NCBI GenBank assembly: GCA_918797485.1
Contig: CAKKNE010000005.1
Coordinates: 4,154,001 to 4,218,000, forward strand
Direction of reading: 5' to 3'
From: Pelagomonas calceolata
Lineage: Eukaryota
Length of the DNA stretch: 64,000 nt
The position numbers were made by a program, and so were the translations under genes. The notes under the pieces are model-generated. The model was not told where the DNA came from. It made no database searches and worked only from the letters and a program-made list of their open reading frames with translations. Positions 11,001 to 21,863 of this stretch are shown here, piece after piece. Position 1 is the stretch's first letter. Each line of letters begins with the position of its first letter.

Positions 11001-11568
11001 GGCCTACACGCTGGCGACGGAGACCGCCGTGAGAGAGTTAGTGACACAGCCAAAACCGCCAAAGTTCTACCTAGCCGCCGAGAAGCTCGGATTTATGGAT
11101 ATGGACGTCGAGAAAGCCAAGAAGGTGCTCGAGCACGCCCGAACCATGACCGGCCAGGCCGCCACGACCTTCGACAAGTTTCTGGCAAGGATCCTGCCGC
11201 TCGCCGACGAAGCTCGGGCGGACAAGACGGGCCCGCTTGAACTCTTTGGATCGGCGGAGAACATAGTGAAGGCTTCTAAAGGTAAGGGCATGAGGGCGTC
11301 CACTACTTACTCGTCGTACCTGCGCGGGCTCGACGTGATCGCTGCGGGCGGCGCCGAGGCATTTATCGCCGCGCATACTGATAAGGCCGCGTGGAAAGCG
11401 TTGAAGTCCAAGAAGCCCACGGCTGAAAAGCTCGAGAAGGAGGCGACGGAGGCCCGCGAGATCCAGAAGTTGCTGGTCCAGCTGCGCTTACAGCCCGAGG
11501 CGTACGCGCGAGCGACGTGGGCGGCGGCCTACGACGCGCGCGAGGCCTCGGCGACGGACAATTCGTGA
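8065..11568 (+). CDS. Large intronless orphan protein (signal peptide, possible degenerate GIY-YIG/LEM-3-like domain, C-terminal helical repeats)
   Basis: ~1167-aa ORF from the ATG of MWRVIFSIFVATTLVGA with coding-like codon bias; domain assignment by motif order only. Confidence 0.75.
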   Translation: MWRVIFSIFVATTLVGATPSDEEEKKDTLQHYADQSLFSGSRNEEAPRQEALQPMETTPDAPPRDYHNDDEVQEYADRLASAADGSNLGNVINLVKRGARQVFRPIKNVVRAVKCKRRPSSCNEDEPAPKMPRVDAGDDMEVLGAHGGPHGEAATSTVPETEVIILDANGGQHETVSASNGAMPMVVEANGVQHGTTTSCTDDPVAILSDWDKYPIFKDYFQQFLAEDYQVRRGKFTVEKVWRASFEDSQLVELCKGAERGGQEFVNALFLMGKERTRGEKREYVVYAVSSTIVFETSEAHDNFLEEFKRLRPLDAYLFDEVLPYNIESYEGYTYIRIFGIGEGWDIQRASHYRYFPKGWPELTTGQEKRLRSSLIKSVHWVATETDGVHWRECPVTRKKLVVVHTIKSYGREPRKMAGLSTEGVLIVAVQVFSQGIVPFNKQIGCRQEYMFRAVYQSWDKTKSVGGKGYTYEGRACVQVDAMDIGEDEPEECIEDPDYTLRFEPQMIEMLISACGDLPIEYEDIEAVVDASNSLLFRFTVIEYASELIEEALQDADATPPFDLLTPERLARVRVATGLPPSQSYTVLLSDEAKPFRDALVAMRVLREAYSMPKPEVVEKAHRRLVTKGNPSELVKAARLTGDKAVKADEVLALVRRYNLRLVSAVDRFLAKLVELWMASDKKMYLLEDARIVAAARHAAGVCPAQYEWLLGNGDIAKQIRDTLAELGLFCGKPADADDINNAHAALLKSLKPSPLVEALKGRVKKEAIDGVRVAVLGAGWNWGRVTGLECVFVEAAKRCPKPCEEGLLASAPRLAEARNACPSFVDVRWLKALLDHHHDDGIVVRSAMEEAGLFRDMASLKSYNDYSEALGTWTHDACVAAGFEVDKCAATVADVRLKIFSMKGVEWSVFDPIVAAAFVPAQKAGGHLFDAEILADAIKRSVTSRQWQNFYPFLGLANAGDPTAVAVREKLDGLLAGEAYTLATETAVRELVTQPKPPKFYLAAEKLGFMDMDVEKAKKVLEHARTMTGQAATTFDKFLARILPLADEARADKTGPLELFGSAENIVKASKGKGMRASTTYSSYLRGLDVIAAGGAEAFIAAHTDKAAWKALKSKKPTAEKLEKEATEAREIQKLLVQLRLQPEAYARATWAAAYDAREASATDNS

Positions 11569-11642
11569 GAGGTAGTCGCGTCGGATCGACTACCCTCGGC
11601 CGGCGGCGCCGCCGCGTTCCCCATCCTGGTGTAAATTTACAG

Positions 11643-11862
11643 TTGTAAACGCTGGAAACATGCTACCATCTGCGATGGCACTGATATTCTTTCAGCCCGT
11701 GACGATGCGTATCGTGTTTTAAGGCTCACGGCGTGTGTGCGTGCAAGTCGAGGGGCCGATGTTACGTGCAAGTCGAGAGCTGGCTCAGGCTCAGGCTAGT
11801 TACGTCGCGGGGTCCCCCGTACCCCTCCCAGCTGGTTGCTAGTGTGTTAATACGACGCTAGC
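11643..11862 (+). repeat. Diverged direct repeat, copy B (promoter-like)
   Basis: Homologous to 4846..4990, with an internal duplication of GTGCAAGTCGAG and GGCTCA x2. Confidence 0.85.
11838..11862 (-). promoter_or_regulatory. Recurrent promoter element
   Basis: gctagtgtgttaatacgacgctagc. Confidence 0.7.
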
Positions 11863-12064
11863 AAAACGCTCTCCGTTGACTTTGGCGTGGCGGACCACCC
11901 TGGCTGCTGTGCGGACCGCCGACGCCCGACGCACGACCCAGAGTACAATCCGACTCGCTGCGGTGCATTGCACGTCTTCACAGCGCGTGTGCTTGAGATC
12001 TGCGCCCACCACCTCTGAGAGCGCTCTCCACGTCGGTAACGCTAGGCGACGCGGCGACGTTAGC

Positions 12065-12753
12065 ATGGGTGCACTGCTGACACGCCTCTACGGCGTCGAC
12101 CAAACCACGCCGTACGGCTTCAAATTCTCAGGAATTACGTTATGGCTCCTCGCGGCCGACGCGGGCATCCAAAATGTCATAAATAATTTCAATCCGAACT
12201 GTCCGCGGTGGTGCCGGCTCCGCGTCCGTCGACGTTCAAAATGTCCACCCTCACGCCATCGACGCGACGTCGATCACGCAGGCTCGCGCACAGCACGCTG
12301 CAATACGGCATGCGGCTGGACGAGTCAGACGCGCGACGACGCTTCGCGCGGCTGAAGAATGCGGTCGAGGGCAGCGGGCCAATAACGCTCCGGCTCACGG
12401 GGCCTCCGGATCTCTACGGTCCCTACGGCGACGTGCCGCCGTATCAAATGCGCGGGATCGGGGTTATGTTTCGCGGCAGCCAATCGTACGAAAAACTGCG
12501 TGATTCCATCGGGCAGAGCTTCGGCACCGCCGGCTCGAGCTTCCCGCACACGAGCCTCGTCTACGACTGGATCGGCTCGCCGCGCGTCACAAATGACGTC
12601 GCCGAGGCGATCCGAGCGGCGGTCCCGCAGTTGCGCTACGGCGCGGAGGTCGTCTTCGACGGCGTCGCGCTCGTCGACATGCGGGGCCGGAGCGTCGGGG
12701 AATGGGAGGTCCTCGACCGCATCGATCTTGCCGGGTCTAACTGCGATTCTTAG
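12065..12753 (+). CDS. 2H phosphoesterase (cyclic phosphodiesterase-like), 2 exons (intron 12208..12281)
   Basis: Spliced product carries two HxT/S motifs: AHSTLQYG and PHTSLVY. Confidence 0.7.
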
Positions 12754-13412
12754 TCCCCCACGACGCCGTCGACGTACGAAGCTAATATAGACGGCTTGAA
12801 CTCGTGCACGCGCATTTGCAAGTGGAAGAGCATCTTCGCCTGCGCCGCCGTCAACGGGGACCCTTTGGAAGCGCAGGACCAGTCGTCGATCAACACCAGC
12901 TTCGACTCGCGCACCTCCACCGGCAAATCCAGCTTCTTGAGCGCCGCGAGCATGGACACGGGGAACTTCGCCACGTCGAGAGGACCCCGCTCCAGCGTCA
13001 CCGTCGACGGCGCGGGAAACCCGGCCGTCGCGAACTCCGGCGCGGCACTTTCCGCTAAACACCGTTCAAGAGCCCCTCGGTCGCAACTCGTAGCTATCAA
13101 AGCGTGGCCGCCCTCGATTTTGGCAGCGAATTGACTGATGTTTGGTTTCAACTCGTTCTCGTCACTATCGCCCAGGGCCACCCTCATCAAGGTCTTCTTG
13201 CCCATCAGCAACGTGGACCCCGGTGGTAACGCACTCCTCAACTGCTTGAAGCGCGTCGGCCGCGCGAAGGCGTCGATGCCGACGAGGTAGAGGTTCGGGG
13301 CCTGCTCGACGGCGCTTCTTACGGTATCCACGTAGGAAGCGCGCGCTTGCGGCGGGCTCCGCTTCTTCACTTTCGTGAGGGAGACCTTCTTCTGGCGCTT
13401 GGAGATGGGCAT
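12750..13412 (-). CDS. MRT4: Ribosome assembly factor Mrt4 (uL10/P0 paralogue)
   Basis: MPISKRQKKVSLTKVKK N-terminus; MGKKTLMRVALG; LTAAQAKML. Confidence 0.88.
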   Translation of the reverse strand: MPISKRQKKVSLTKVKKRSPPQARASYVDTVRSAVEQAPNLYLVGIDAFARPTRFKQLRSALPPGSTLLMGKKTLMRVALGDSDENELKPNISQFAAKIEGGHALIATSCDRGALERCLAESAAPEFATAGFPAPSTVTLERGPLDVAKFPVSMLAALKKLDLPVEVRESKLVLIDDWSCASKGSPLTAAQAKMLFHLQMRVHEFKPSILASYVDGVVGD

Positions 13413-13855
13413 GGCTTAGCAGTGTGCAGCCTGTGCAGCCTGGCTTGTTTTTGCTGTTATGCGGCACAGCTGGCGTGTTTTTGCGCTTCGCGTGCTGGTA
13501 AGGCGTGCGCAGCGATGCACTAATCTGTGTAATTGTAGCGTAACTCGGTGCGCGGCGCTGATAATCGGGCGATGATGGCCTCTTGTTTTGGTTTTTGGTG
13601 TTGCTGATTGATTCGTCCATACGTGCAACGACGCCTCTCGCGTAGGTCGTGGAGCACGCCTGCAGCCGTCTTGGGTCGATCTGTTTTGGGGCAGCGCTAG
13701 GCTCGTCGGGCGGCCAGCGGTCGCGAGGTAGCTGCCCACCGAGCGACTCGAAGCGCGCACGCGTGACGCAGCAATTCGTACGCCGGCCACGCGTCGCGGC
13801 ATAGCAGCTAGACTCATCACAGACACACACAGCCACAAGCCGACGGACGCGCACC

Positions 13856-16800
13856 ATGGGCTGGTTCTCCGGCCAGTCGAAAGCCGCCAAGGAGCTCGAA
13901 CGCAAGCGCCAGCAGGAAAAGGACGAGGAGAACGCGAAGCGGGCCGACGACGTGTGTGAGGAACAAAAAACGCCCTATCAAAAAAAGGTCGACAAGCCTC
14001 CCAATGTGTTGCGCGTCACGGTCATCCGGGCCAGGGACCTGCCCGCCGTCGACAAGAAGTTGTTTGGGAAGGGGCCGGCGTCGGCCGACCCCTTCCCCTG
14101 CATGAGCGTCGAGGGGAAGAGTGAGAAGGGTAGTGTGAAGAAGAAGAATCTGACGCCGGTCTGGTTGGAACGTTTTGAGTTACCTTGTGAAGATCCGGAC
14201 TCCGTCTTCAGTTTCGAGGTCATGGACCACGACAACTTCGGGGCCGCGGACTTCATGGGTTGCTGCCTGGGTGGAAATCAAGTGCAAGCGCCCTTGTCCG
14301 AGATCGCGAGACGCGACCGCTCGCACTCGGCGAGAAGCGAGGAACGTCTTCATGAAGATGGCGTGAACCTGACTCACTCGTTGATGTCCACGCAGGTTGC
14401 GTGAAGGTCAAGCTCGCGACCCTAAAAGACGAGCGCGCCCACCGGAACTGGCACAAACTAGGCAATACTAGTGGAGAGCAGGACGAGCATGAAAGGGGCG
14501 AAGTAGAGTTGTGTCTGAGGTGGTGCCACGACAAAGCAAGAGCCTACGACCTGCCCAAGGAGTTCAAAACGAGTGAAAAAGCGGGCACGAAGGCCATGCC
14601 CAACGAGCTCCATGTCTACTTGGTGCGCGCGCGAGATCTGGAGGCCATGGACAGTGGTCTGTTGGGGAAAGCGTCGTCGGACCCCATAGTCGTCTTAGAT
14701 GTCATGGGCACGTCATTCAAATCCACACAAAAAAAGAAGGAGCTCAATCCCGTGTGGTTGGAGAGTTTCTCGTGGGCGGTCGAAGACGACGAAGCTATAC
14801 TAGAGGTGGTTGTGGAGGATTACGACCTGACGGGCAACGACTTCATGGGGCGCACGAGTGCGATCTCGGCGTCCCGTCGACTCGTGTCCATCTCACGATG
14901 CCGGGGGTGGTTTCTTTTTCGAGTTTGAGGCCGTTCGGACCGCGTCGGGGCCGTGCGGCGTGTCGGAGGGTACGCGGTCGCGGCGATGGCGTGAGGATGC
15001 TGCGACGCCGTCTTCATGATCACACGAGAGGGAGCCGTTCGGACCGCTTCCAGTGAATACGATGCGCCGCGCAGGCATACCCCTCAAGACGCTGTCGGAC
15101 CGCAAGATCCACCGCCAGTGGCACCGGTTACTTGGTCCCAAGCTCAAGAAGGGCCAGAAGAAGCAGCCGGTGAAGAAGCGGGGGAGGATCGACTTGGCGG
15201 CGCGGTGGGTCCATAATCCGAAGCTCGTGGTACCGTTGCCGCCCGAACTCCAAGCGTCGGAGTTGCACTTCGACCGGCCGGCGAACGAGGTACAAATATT
15301 TTTGGTGCGGGCCGCGGGGTTACCTGTTATGGACCGGCATCTCATGTCCAAAGGCGGGTCGTCGGATCCCGTCGTCACGTTCTCGTGTTGTGGAGAGAAG
15401 GCTACTAGCTCAATCAAGAAAAAAGATTTAAATCCGCAGTGGGCCGAGTACCATTCCTTGCTCGTGGAAGAGGACGACGCGGAGCTGCTGGTCGTCGTCG
15501 AGGATTATGATTTGATGGGCGCGGGGCGGCGTCCTTTCGTCGCGTCGATGGCGTGACGCTGGTGTCTCCGAGAGTGCCGTACCGCCCTATGCCATCGACG
15601 CGTCTCGACGGCGTCGCGTCGACGGCGTCGCGCAGGGAAGTGTCGCCACGCTGGAGAGTCCCGCACCGCCCCGACGCCGTCGCCGCGCGCAGGCAACGAC
15701 TTCATGGGCCAGCTGACCATCGATATCAAGTCCCTCGAGGACCGGCGCGTCGACCGCAGGTGGCACGTGTTACGACCGAAGCCCACGCTCGCCAAGAAGA
15801 AGGAGGAGGAGAAGAAGCTGGGCAAGTTAGAGTTAGCAATAAGGTGGAAGCACAACCCGGAGCGCGTCATCCAGCTCCCCGAGGCGTTCCACCACGACGA
15901 CCTCCTAGACCAACCCGCGAACTACCTCCAGATCTGCCTCGTGCGCGCGAGGAAGCTGAAGATCATGGACAAGTCGCGACTCACGTCCGGCGGGTCCTCG
16001 GACCCCCTAGTTCATTTTATGATAGATGGCGAGAGCGTCACGAGCACGACAAAAAAAAAGAACTTACGACCAATTTGGAGAGAGTACTTCGAGCTACCTA
16101 TTGAAGATGAACAACAAACATTGCACTTGAAAATGGAGGATTATGAAGCACTTAGTGCGAACCAGGTCATGGGCCGCTGTCACGTGGCCATGTCTCACTT
16201 AAAAGGGAGGGAGACCTTCCGGAAGTGGCTCGAGCTGGTCGATGAAGATAAGAAGGACGCGGGCTGGGTCGAGATCGCGCTGCGGTGGGCTCATGATCCA
16301 CAACGAGTTTTAGACTTACCTGAGGAATTTACGGAGCCCGAGACCGAGGACTGCTTGTCCAAGGAGGCCAATGAATTATTAGTTTGTTTATTACGAGGCA
16401 AGAACCTGCCCGTGATGGACAAAAACTTGATTGGTGGAGGAGGCTCGAGCGACCCGTGCGCGTTCCTGAACTTGGACGGGGAGAAGCGCAAGAGCCGCGT
16501 CGTCAAGAAGAGCATCAACCCCCAGTGGATGCAGACCTTCCGCTTCCCTTGTGATGATGGACTGAACGTGACGCTCCAGTGTGGAAATCAACCAGTGCGT
16601 CGGGTGCACGATGACGCGACGAACGCGCCGTAAAATTTGATGTCCACACAGGTCACGCTCCAGGTCGACGTCGAGGACTACGATTTGAAGGGGAACGACT
16701 TCATGGGTCCGTTTCTCGGCGTTTTGAAGGTTTGCGGTGCCTTCACTTCGTTGTCATGGCTCTTTGTCGAGTTTGAGCTGTTTCGGACCTCGCGCTCGAG

Positions 16801-19531
16801 CTTGGCCCGTGTGTTGACATGTCGCGTCGATGGCGTCGGGTGCCGCCCATACGCCATCGATGGCGTGCGAGCTGTACCATAGCCTACGGAGGGGCAGTGG
16901 ATTTGACGGAAATGCCCCGCGCAGGCCAGTGCGGCGTCTACCTCGGAGACTTGCACGAGGTGGAAGAGAGACGAGTCGAGCGGGTCTGGTACGCCTTGGC
17001 TCCCGAGGGCGTGAAGACGGAACGGTACGGGAAGAAGGAAGAAACGGTGAAGAAGCAGCAGCGAGGCTCTAGACGGTCGAAAGGCGGCAAAAAACAGCGC
17101 CGATCGTCGACGATCGACGAGGACGAAGTCACAGTGAAGAAAGGACCGAATTTAGGAAGGATCGAGTTCGCCTTGCGGTGGGTCCACAACCCCGATCTTG
17201 TGGTCACGCTGCCGGACCAAATTTCGAGGGACGAGGTCCATCCCGACGAGGAAGCGAACTCGTTGTTGATAACATTGGTGCGGTGTCGGAACCTGCCGGT
17301 CATGGATACTGGAGTGTTTGGTGGGTCGAGCGATCCGTACTGTGTCATACGCGTCGGCGACGAGCGGGTCAAAAGTACGGTGCGAAAGAAGGATTTAAAT
17401 CCCGTCTGGGTCGAGTCTTTTGAACTGCCCAATAGTGATAAAGATGCGAAGGTCGTCTTCGAGGTCTTAGATTACGACGCCTACGGGACCTCGGACCCGA
17501 TCGGGCGGTTCGCGTTGCCCTTTTTAGCTTTAGCAGATAGGAAGCTGATGCGGCGGTGGTTCGTGCTCAAGGACCAGGTACGCGACCGGTGTCCGTTCGC
17601 TTCGTTCGCGTCGATGGCGTGGAGGGCAGAGGTCGCGTCGATGGCGTCGCGGCGACCGCTCGCGCTCGACGCCATCGACGCGACACGTGCTGGGGCCCGG
17701 ACGCCACCGAGACGCCATCGACGCGACGACGCGATGTTAACTCTCGGAAACACGCAGGCGGGCCAGAAGACGGGCGGCAAGTGCGAGGTCGCGCTCAAGT
17801 GGCACGTACCCGCGTCTCGCGATCCCGGCACCCAAACTCGGCCACGACCTCCGAGAGATACACTCGACGGCGTAGAGCGAGCAGCACCTCACCCAGACCC
17901 CGAGAGACCCTGAATTTTGATTTCCTCGCAGGCAGCACAACCCCGACTTCGTCCTAGACTTGCCCTTTGACATGGCCGGTAATGATGATTTGTTAGATAT
18001 GCCCCCGAACCAGCTCCGGATCTGCTTGATGCGCGCGCGCGAGCTCCCAGTGATGGACGTGGCCGAGGGGCTCGCCTCGGGCAGTTCGGACCCCTTTGCG
18101 ACACTCGTCGTGGAGTCAATAACCAAGGACGACATGAAGGACAAGCCTCAGGTGTTGAGGAGTACGACGAAGGTCCAATCGTTAAGACCGGTCTACCTCG
18201 CGGCGTCCGAATCCACTCAAAATCGCAACAGAGACCACCCATCGCCTTCTCTGATGGACACGAGTCGCGTCGACGCCGCGAGAGAGCCAGAAAACCGCGG
18301 CAACACGCGAAACCGCCGCCACACGCAGGTCTGGATGGAGCGCTTCGACGTCCCCGTCGACGATGCTGCGGAGAAGGAGCTGACCGTTAGTTTGTACGAC
18401 GACGACTTTGATGATTCAGAACCTGAATTAATTGGTAGCGTGAAGATACCGCTCAAACGTAGTCTACAGAGGAAGATGCTGCAAGATTGGCACGAGCTCT
18501 ACAATCCCGAAAGGGCGGCGCGATTGGCCATGGAGAATTCTCGACGACGATCGGAAGATAGTTTGGATGGGGAAGACTTAGCTCCCACCGACACCAAAAC
18601 GGGGGAAGTGGAGGTCTGTCTGCGGTTAGTCTACAACCCCAAATGTAGGGTACCTTATTATGATCTCACGGATAAGCAAGATCTGGAAACCATCGCGAAC
18701 ATCTGTTCCGACGCCGTGGAGAACGGCCGGGACGAGCCTTTGAAGCTGTTGGTGGTGCGGTGCGCGACGTGCGACCATGTGCTGGTGGACGAACATCGAG
18801 GTGTCACGCCGGCGATGGTGGCTGCTTCTCGCGATGAAGATGCTTCGTTGACGTTCAAGTTGTTGCGAAGGTTAAACTGCGATCTAGACCAGAAAGATCG
18901 AGCGGGCAGAACGGCGGCCCACGTCGCGGCCAAATGCGGCAACGACCGAGCTCTGAGAATCCTGGCCGAATTAGACGCTAATTTGTGCGCAGAAGATGCC
19001 TACGGCAAGCAGCCCTGCCACTACGCTGCTGAGCAAGGTCATGATAGCACTGTGGAGCGATTAGTGAAGCTTGGAGCCGACCCGGAAGACCAGACCCACA
19101 ACGGAAGGAGTTGCGCGGCGCTGGCGGCGCAGAACGGCCGGGCGTCGACGGTCAAATTGCTGCATGACCTCGGGGCCGATATTGATGAAGTCGGAAGCAT
19201 GTTCGGCGGTCGGAGGCCTCTCCATTTTGCCTGCGCGACGGGCGACGCGGAGACGGTCCGCATGCTACTGCGGTTGGGGGCCGACGCCGATGGTACGGAT
19301 AATATGCAGAACGGCCCGGCGCACTGCGCCGCGCTCGAAGGTCGACGAGATATTGTGCAACTACTGGGCGAGTACGACTGCGACCTCGACGCGGTGAATG
19401 ATGACGGGCTGACGCCGGCGCAGTTGCTGGCTCAGTTTGCCGCAAAAGACTCGGGGGGCGTCGTTAATACAGGTGCGGTGGAGTGGGCGCCGATGGCCAC
19501 GGCGGAGCCGGCGCCCAAACCGGCCGAGTAA
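13856..19531 (+). CDS. Protein with seven tandem C2 domains and C-terminal ankyrin repeats; 9 exons (introns 14259..14395, 14858..15074, 15519..15692, 16568..16651, 16707..16924, 17578..17757, ~17802..17931, 18191..18328)
   Basis: Seven copies of (N)xLxVxLxRAxxLxxMD...SDP...KKxLNPxW.E.F...DYD..GNDFMG, then TAAHVAA/PCHYAA/PLHFAC ankyrin motifs; splicing restores one frame. Confidence 0.85.
14259..14395 (+). mobile_element. Introner family A intron
   Basis: TIR CTGGGTGGAAATCAA...TTGATGTCCACGCAG; degenerate TSD GTTGCTGC/GTTGCGTG. Confidence 0.8.
14858..15074 (+). mobile_element. Repeated intron family B (homologous to 25914..26055)
   Basis: Shares GTGCGATCTCGGCGTCCCGTCG, CTTTTTCGAGTTTGAGGCCGTTCGGACCG and TTCCAGTGAATACGATGC with the ValRS intron. 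Confidence 0.85.
16568..16651 (+). mobile_element. Introner family A intron (short derivative)
   Basis: TSD GTGACGCT/GTCACGCT; TIR CAGTGTGGAAATCAA...TTGATGTCCACACAG. Confidence 0.85.
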
Positions 19532-19542
19532 TGAATGTATGT

Positions 19543-19983
19543 TTATGAAATAGGGCACTCCGCGCACGCCGGTTGAAAATCGTCGAGGTCATCATCTAAC
19601 CCCCAGCAGGGCCTGTCGCAGGCGCGGTCCTCGTCGACGACGTCGCGCCGCCGGCGATGCCGCCGCAAACCGTCCAATCCGACGACCTCGACCAATGCCT
19701 CCTCGGCGTCCATGAGTTTGTTGTAGGCGGCGATGGCGTCCATGAGCCGCGGCGGGTCGGCCGGTTCGGGCGGCGCCGGCGACGGTACTCGAAGCGGCGT
19801 GCCGTCGAGGTCGTCGTGCAGTCCTTCCGTGTGGGCCGGCGCGCAGCGTCGGAAGCAGCCGGCGCCGCCGAGGCGCCGCCGCGGCGGTTGCTTGATCGGG
19901 CTTTTGTGGTCCTGGGCCGCTTTCAGGGGGGAGAGCTGGCGCTGGCTGCTGTCCTTGGTGGGCGTCTTCACGCGGCGAGCCAT
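19543..19983 (-). CDS. Hypothetical protein
   Basis: ATG-initiated ORF MARRVKTP..., stop convergent with the neighbouring gene. Confidence 0.45.
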   Translation of the reverse strand: MARRVKTPTKDSSQRQLSPLKAAQDHKSPIKQPPRRRLGGAGCFRRCAPAHTEGLHDDLDGTPLRVPSPAPPEPADPPRLMDAIAAYNKLMDAEEALVEVVGLDGLRRHRRRRDVVDEDRACDRPCWGLDDDLDDFQPACAECPIS

Positions 19984-20451
19984 GCCTTGCAGCTTCCCGG
20001 GCAGCGACCGAGCGGCGGCAGACTCGAGGCGGTTCTCTGCCGACGTCGTGCGTCCGTAGCAGGCAGCCGTGCGGCGCGCACGGGCTGCTTTTCGCGGCTG
20101 CGCGACGGCGTGAAATCCCAACGCAATTTTTTTTTAGCACCGACAGTCCGCCCGAAAACCAAGGCGCGAGCCCATCAGGCACGCCTCGGCGACGCATGCG
20201 ACACATCGTTTCCTCGTAACTAGGTACTTAGCTTTTTGGCCTTTGCAGCGGCGCTATCACAGGCAATTTGGACGCTGCCCTCGTGAACCCCACGACGTAG
20301 TAGCGTTCTACCGCCGCCGGAGGGTGGTCAACAAGCGCCACATCACTCCCAGGAGAGGCCGTCGCCGCCTCGCCGCGCGCCAGCCCCGAGCCCAGGCAGC
20401 CCCATAGCAACCCCCACCAAAACGCCGCCGCCGCGCTTTGTGTAAAGCACC

Positions 20452-20979
20452 ATGTCGGGCACGGCGGGCTACGGCTATGGCATCTGCGGCCACAAGAACA
20501 CGTACTGTTGCGGCGTTATGAACGGGAATTACGTCGAGGATCAATATGGAAGAGATTTAGCAAAGATGGAGACGCGCGGGGAGGCCTTCGTGCCCCAATC
20601 TACCTCTCAAGAGTCTTATATCGACCCCAAGGACATGGTCGACCGCGCCGGCGACGCGGACAAGTTCCAGTCGAATCCCCTGGATGACCAGCGAGGCGGG
20701 TTGAGTGCGGAATTGCTCTTCAGCCACGACGGCGACCTGCCGGCGCGCGAGAAGGCGAAGCTCAAGCCCGGGCCCCTGAAGATCGGCGGCACGCTGCCGC
20801 ACCCCTGCACGCAGATGCGCGAGCACGCGAAGCGCGTCAATAGGCAGGCCTACGACCTGAAGCACCCGACGACCGAGGCCGTGCAGTCGCAGAAACACGC
20901 GCTCAAGCCGGCTTTTAGGATTCGGGTCGAGGACGCCGAGCCGCTGCCCGTCTTCAACCGGCGCAAGCTCATGTGCTAG
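20452..20979 (+). CDS. Hypothetical protein, possibly a flagellar microtubule inner protein
   Basis: Strong codon bias; YCCGVMNGNYVEDQ resembles the Y..xVLxGNWxExR motif of CFAP107/CFAP68-type proteins. Confidence 0.55.
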   Translation: MSGTAGYGYGICGHKNTYCCGVMNGNYVEDQYGRDLAKMETRGEAFVPQSTSQESYIDPKDMVDRAGDADKFQSNPLDDQRGGLSAELLFSHDGDLPAREKAKLKPGPLKIGGTLPHPCTQMREHAKRVNRQAYDLKHPTTEAVQSQKHALKPAFRIRVEDAEPLPVFNRRKLMC

Positions 20980-20998
20980 AGCCCTAAGTACATGTTCA

Positions 20999-21699
20999 TT
21001 AGTCCTTCGCCAGCTTGGCCCTGGCGTTCTCGAACGTCTGCTCGTAGAACTCGAGCTCGCCGCCCAGAACTTGCTCGTCGACGGACCAGGGCCCCGCGCC
21101 GGCGATGGAGAAGTAGCCTAATACCAGAACGTACATGGCCGCGAGCTCGTAGTTGTAGGAGTGCTGCTTGACGACGGCGAGCGGGAAGCCCTCGGGGCCC
21201 GTGTTCTCGAGGTGGAAGATGACGGCGGTTAGCATTGTAGCCGTCATCGCGGCGGCCGCCGGCCGGCTAAACAAACCGATCGCGAGGAATCCGGCGCCGA
21301 CGACTTGCGTCGCCGCCGCGGACAGCGTCCAGAACGGCGCCGGGCCGGGCAGGAAGCCGAAAAACTTTTGCACGACGTTCGCGCTGAAGCCGTCGACGTT
21401 CACGATTTTGTCGATGCCGTGATGGATCATGAGCGCGCACCTGCGTGCGAACTATCACGTGAATTCCCCCTCAATTTGTAAAGCACGCCGCAGCTTTACG
21501 TTCCAACTCGCAGCGCCGTCACGACGACCTCGCCCACAGGGTCCAAAATATTTTCCAAGTTCTCCGCGAGCCCAGTCGCCTGTTGCTCCCTAACCGGTGC
21601 CGCGTTCTGGGCCTTTCTCTGGGCCACGTTGCGCAGCGGCGCGCGCTGCAGGGCCGCCGTGGAGGCAATAAGCGTCGTTAGCAGTGTCAGACGCCCCAT
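20999..21699 (-). CDS. DoxX-family membrane protein, probably plastid-targeted; 2 exons (intron 21441..21499)
   Basis: LRVGT|CALMIHHGIDK, GLFSRPAA, YELAAMY; bipartite-like N-terminal presequence. Confidence 0.8.
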
Positions 21700-21863
21700 T
21701 TTCGATGCGGCAAAGCGCTGAATCGGTTCTGGACGTCGTTTCGGAGTTCGATTACTCTGTCAGGCAGCAAATTTGCTGCGACGGCGCGTCGTACGCGACC
21801 AACGTGGCCTATCAGCAAAATCGGCTCGCAGAGCTTGGCGCGTGCATGCAAAATTGGGGCACT

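Noticed and set aside
17802..17935. Exact boundaries of C2-gene intron 7
   Set aside because: GC 17802..17931 and GT 17806..17935 both preserve the frame; undecidable without RNA data
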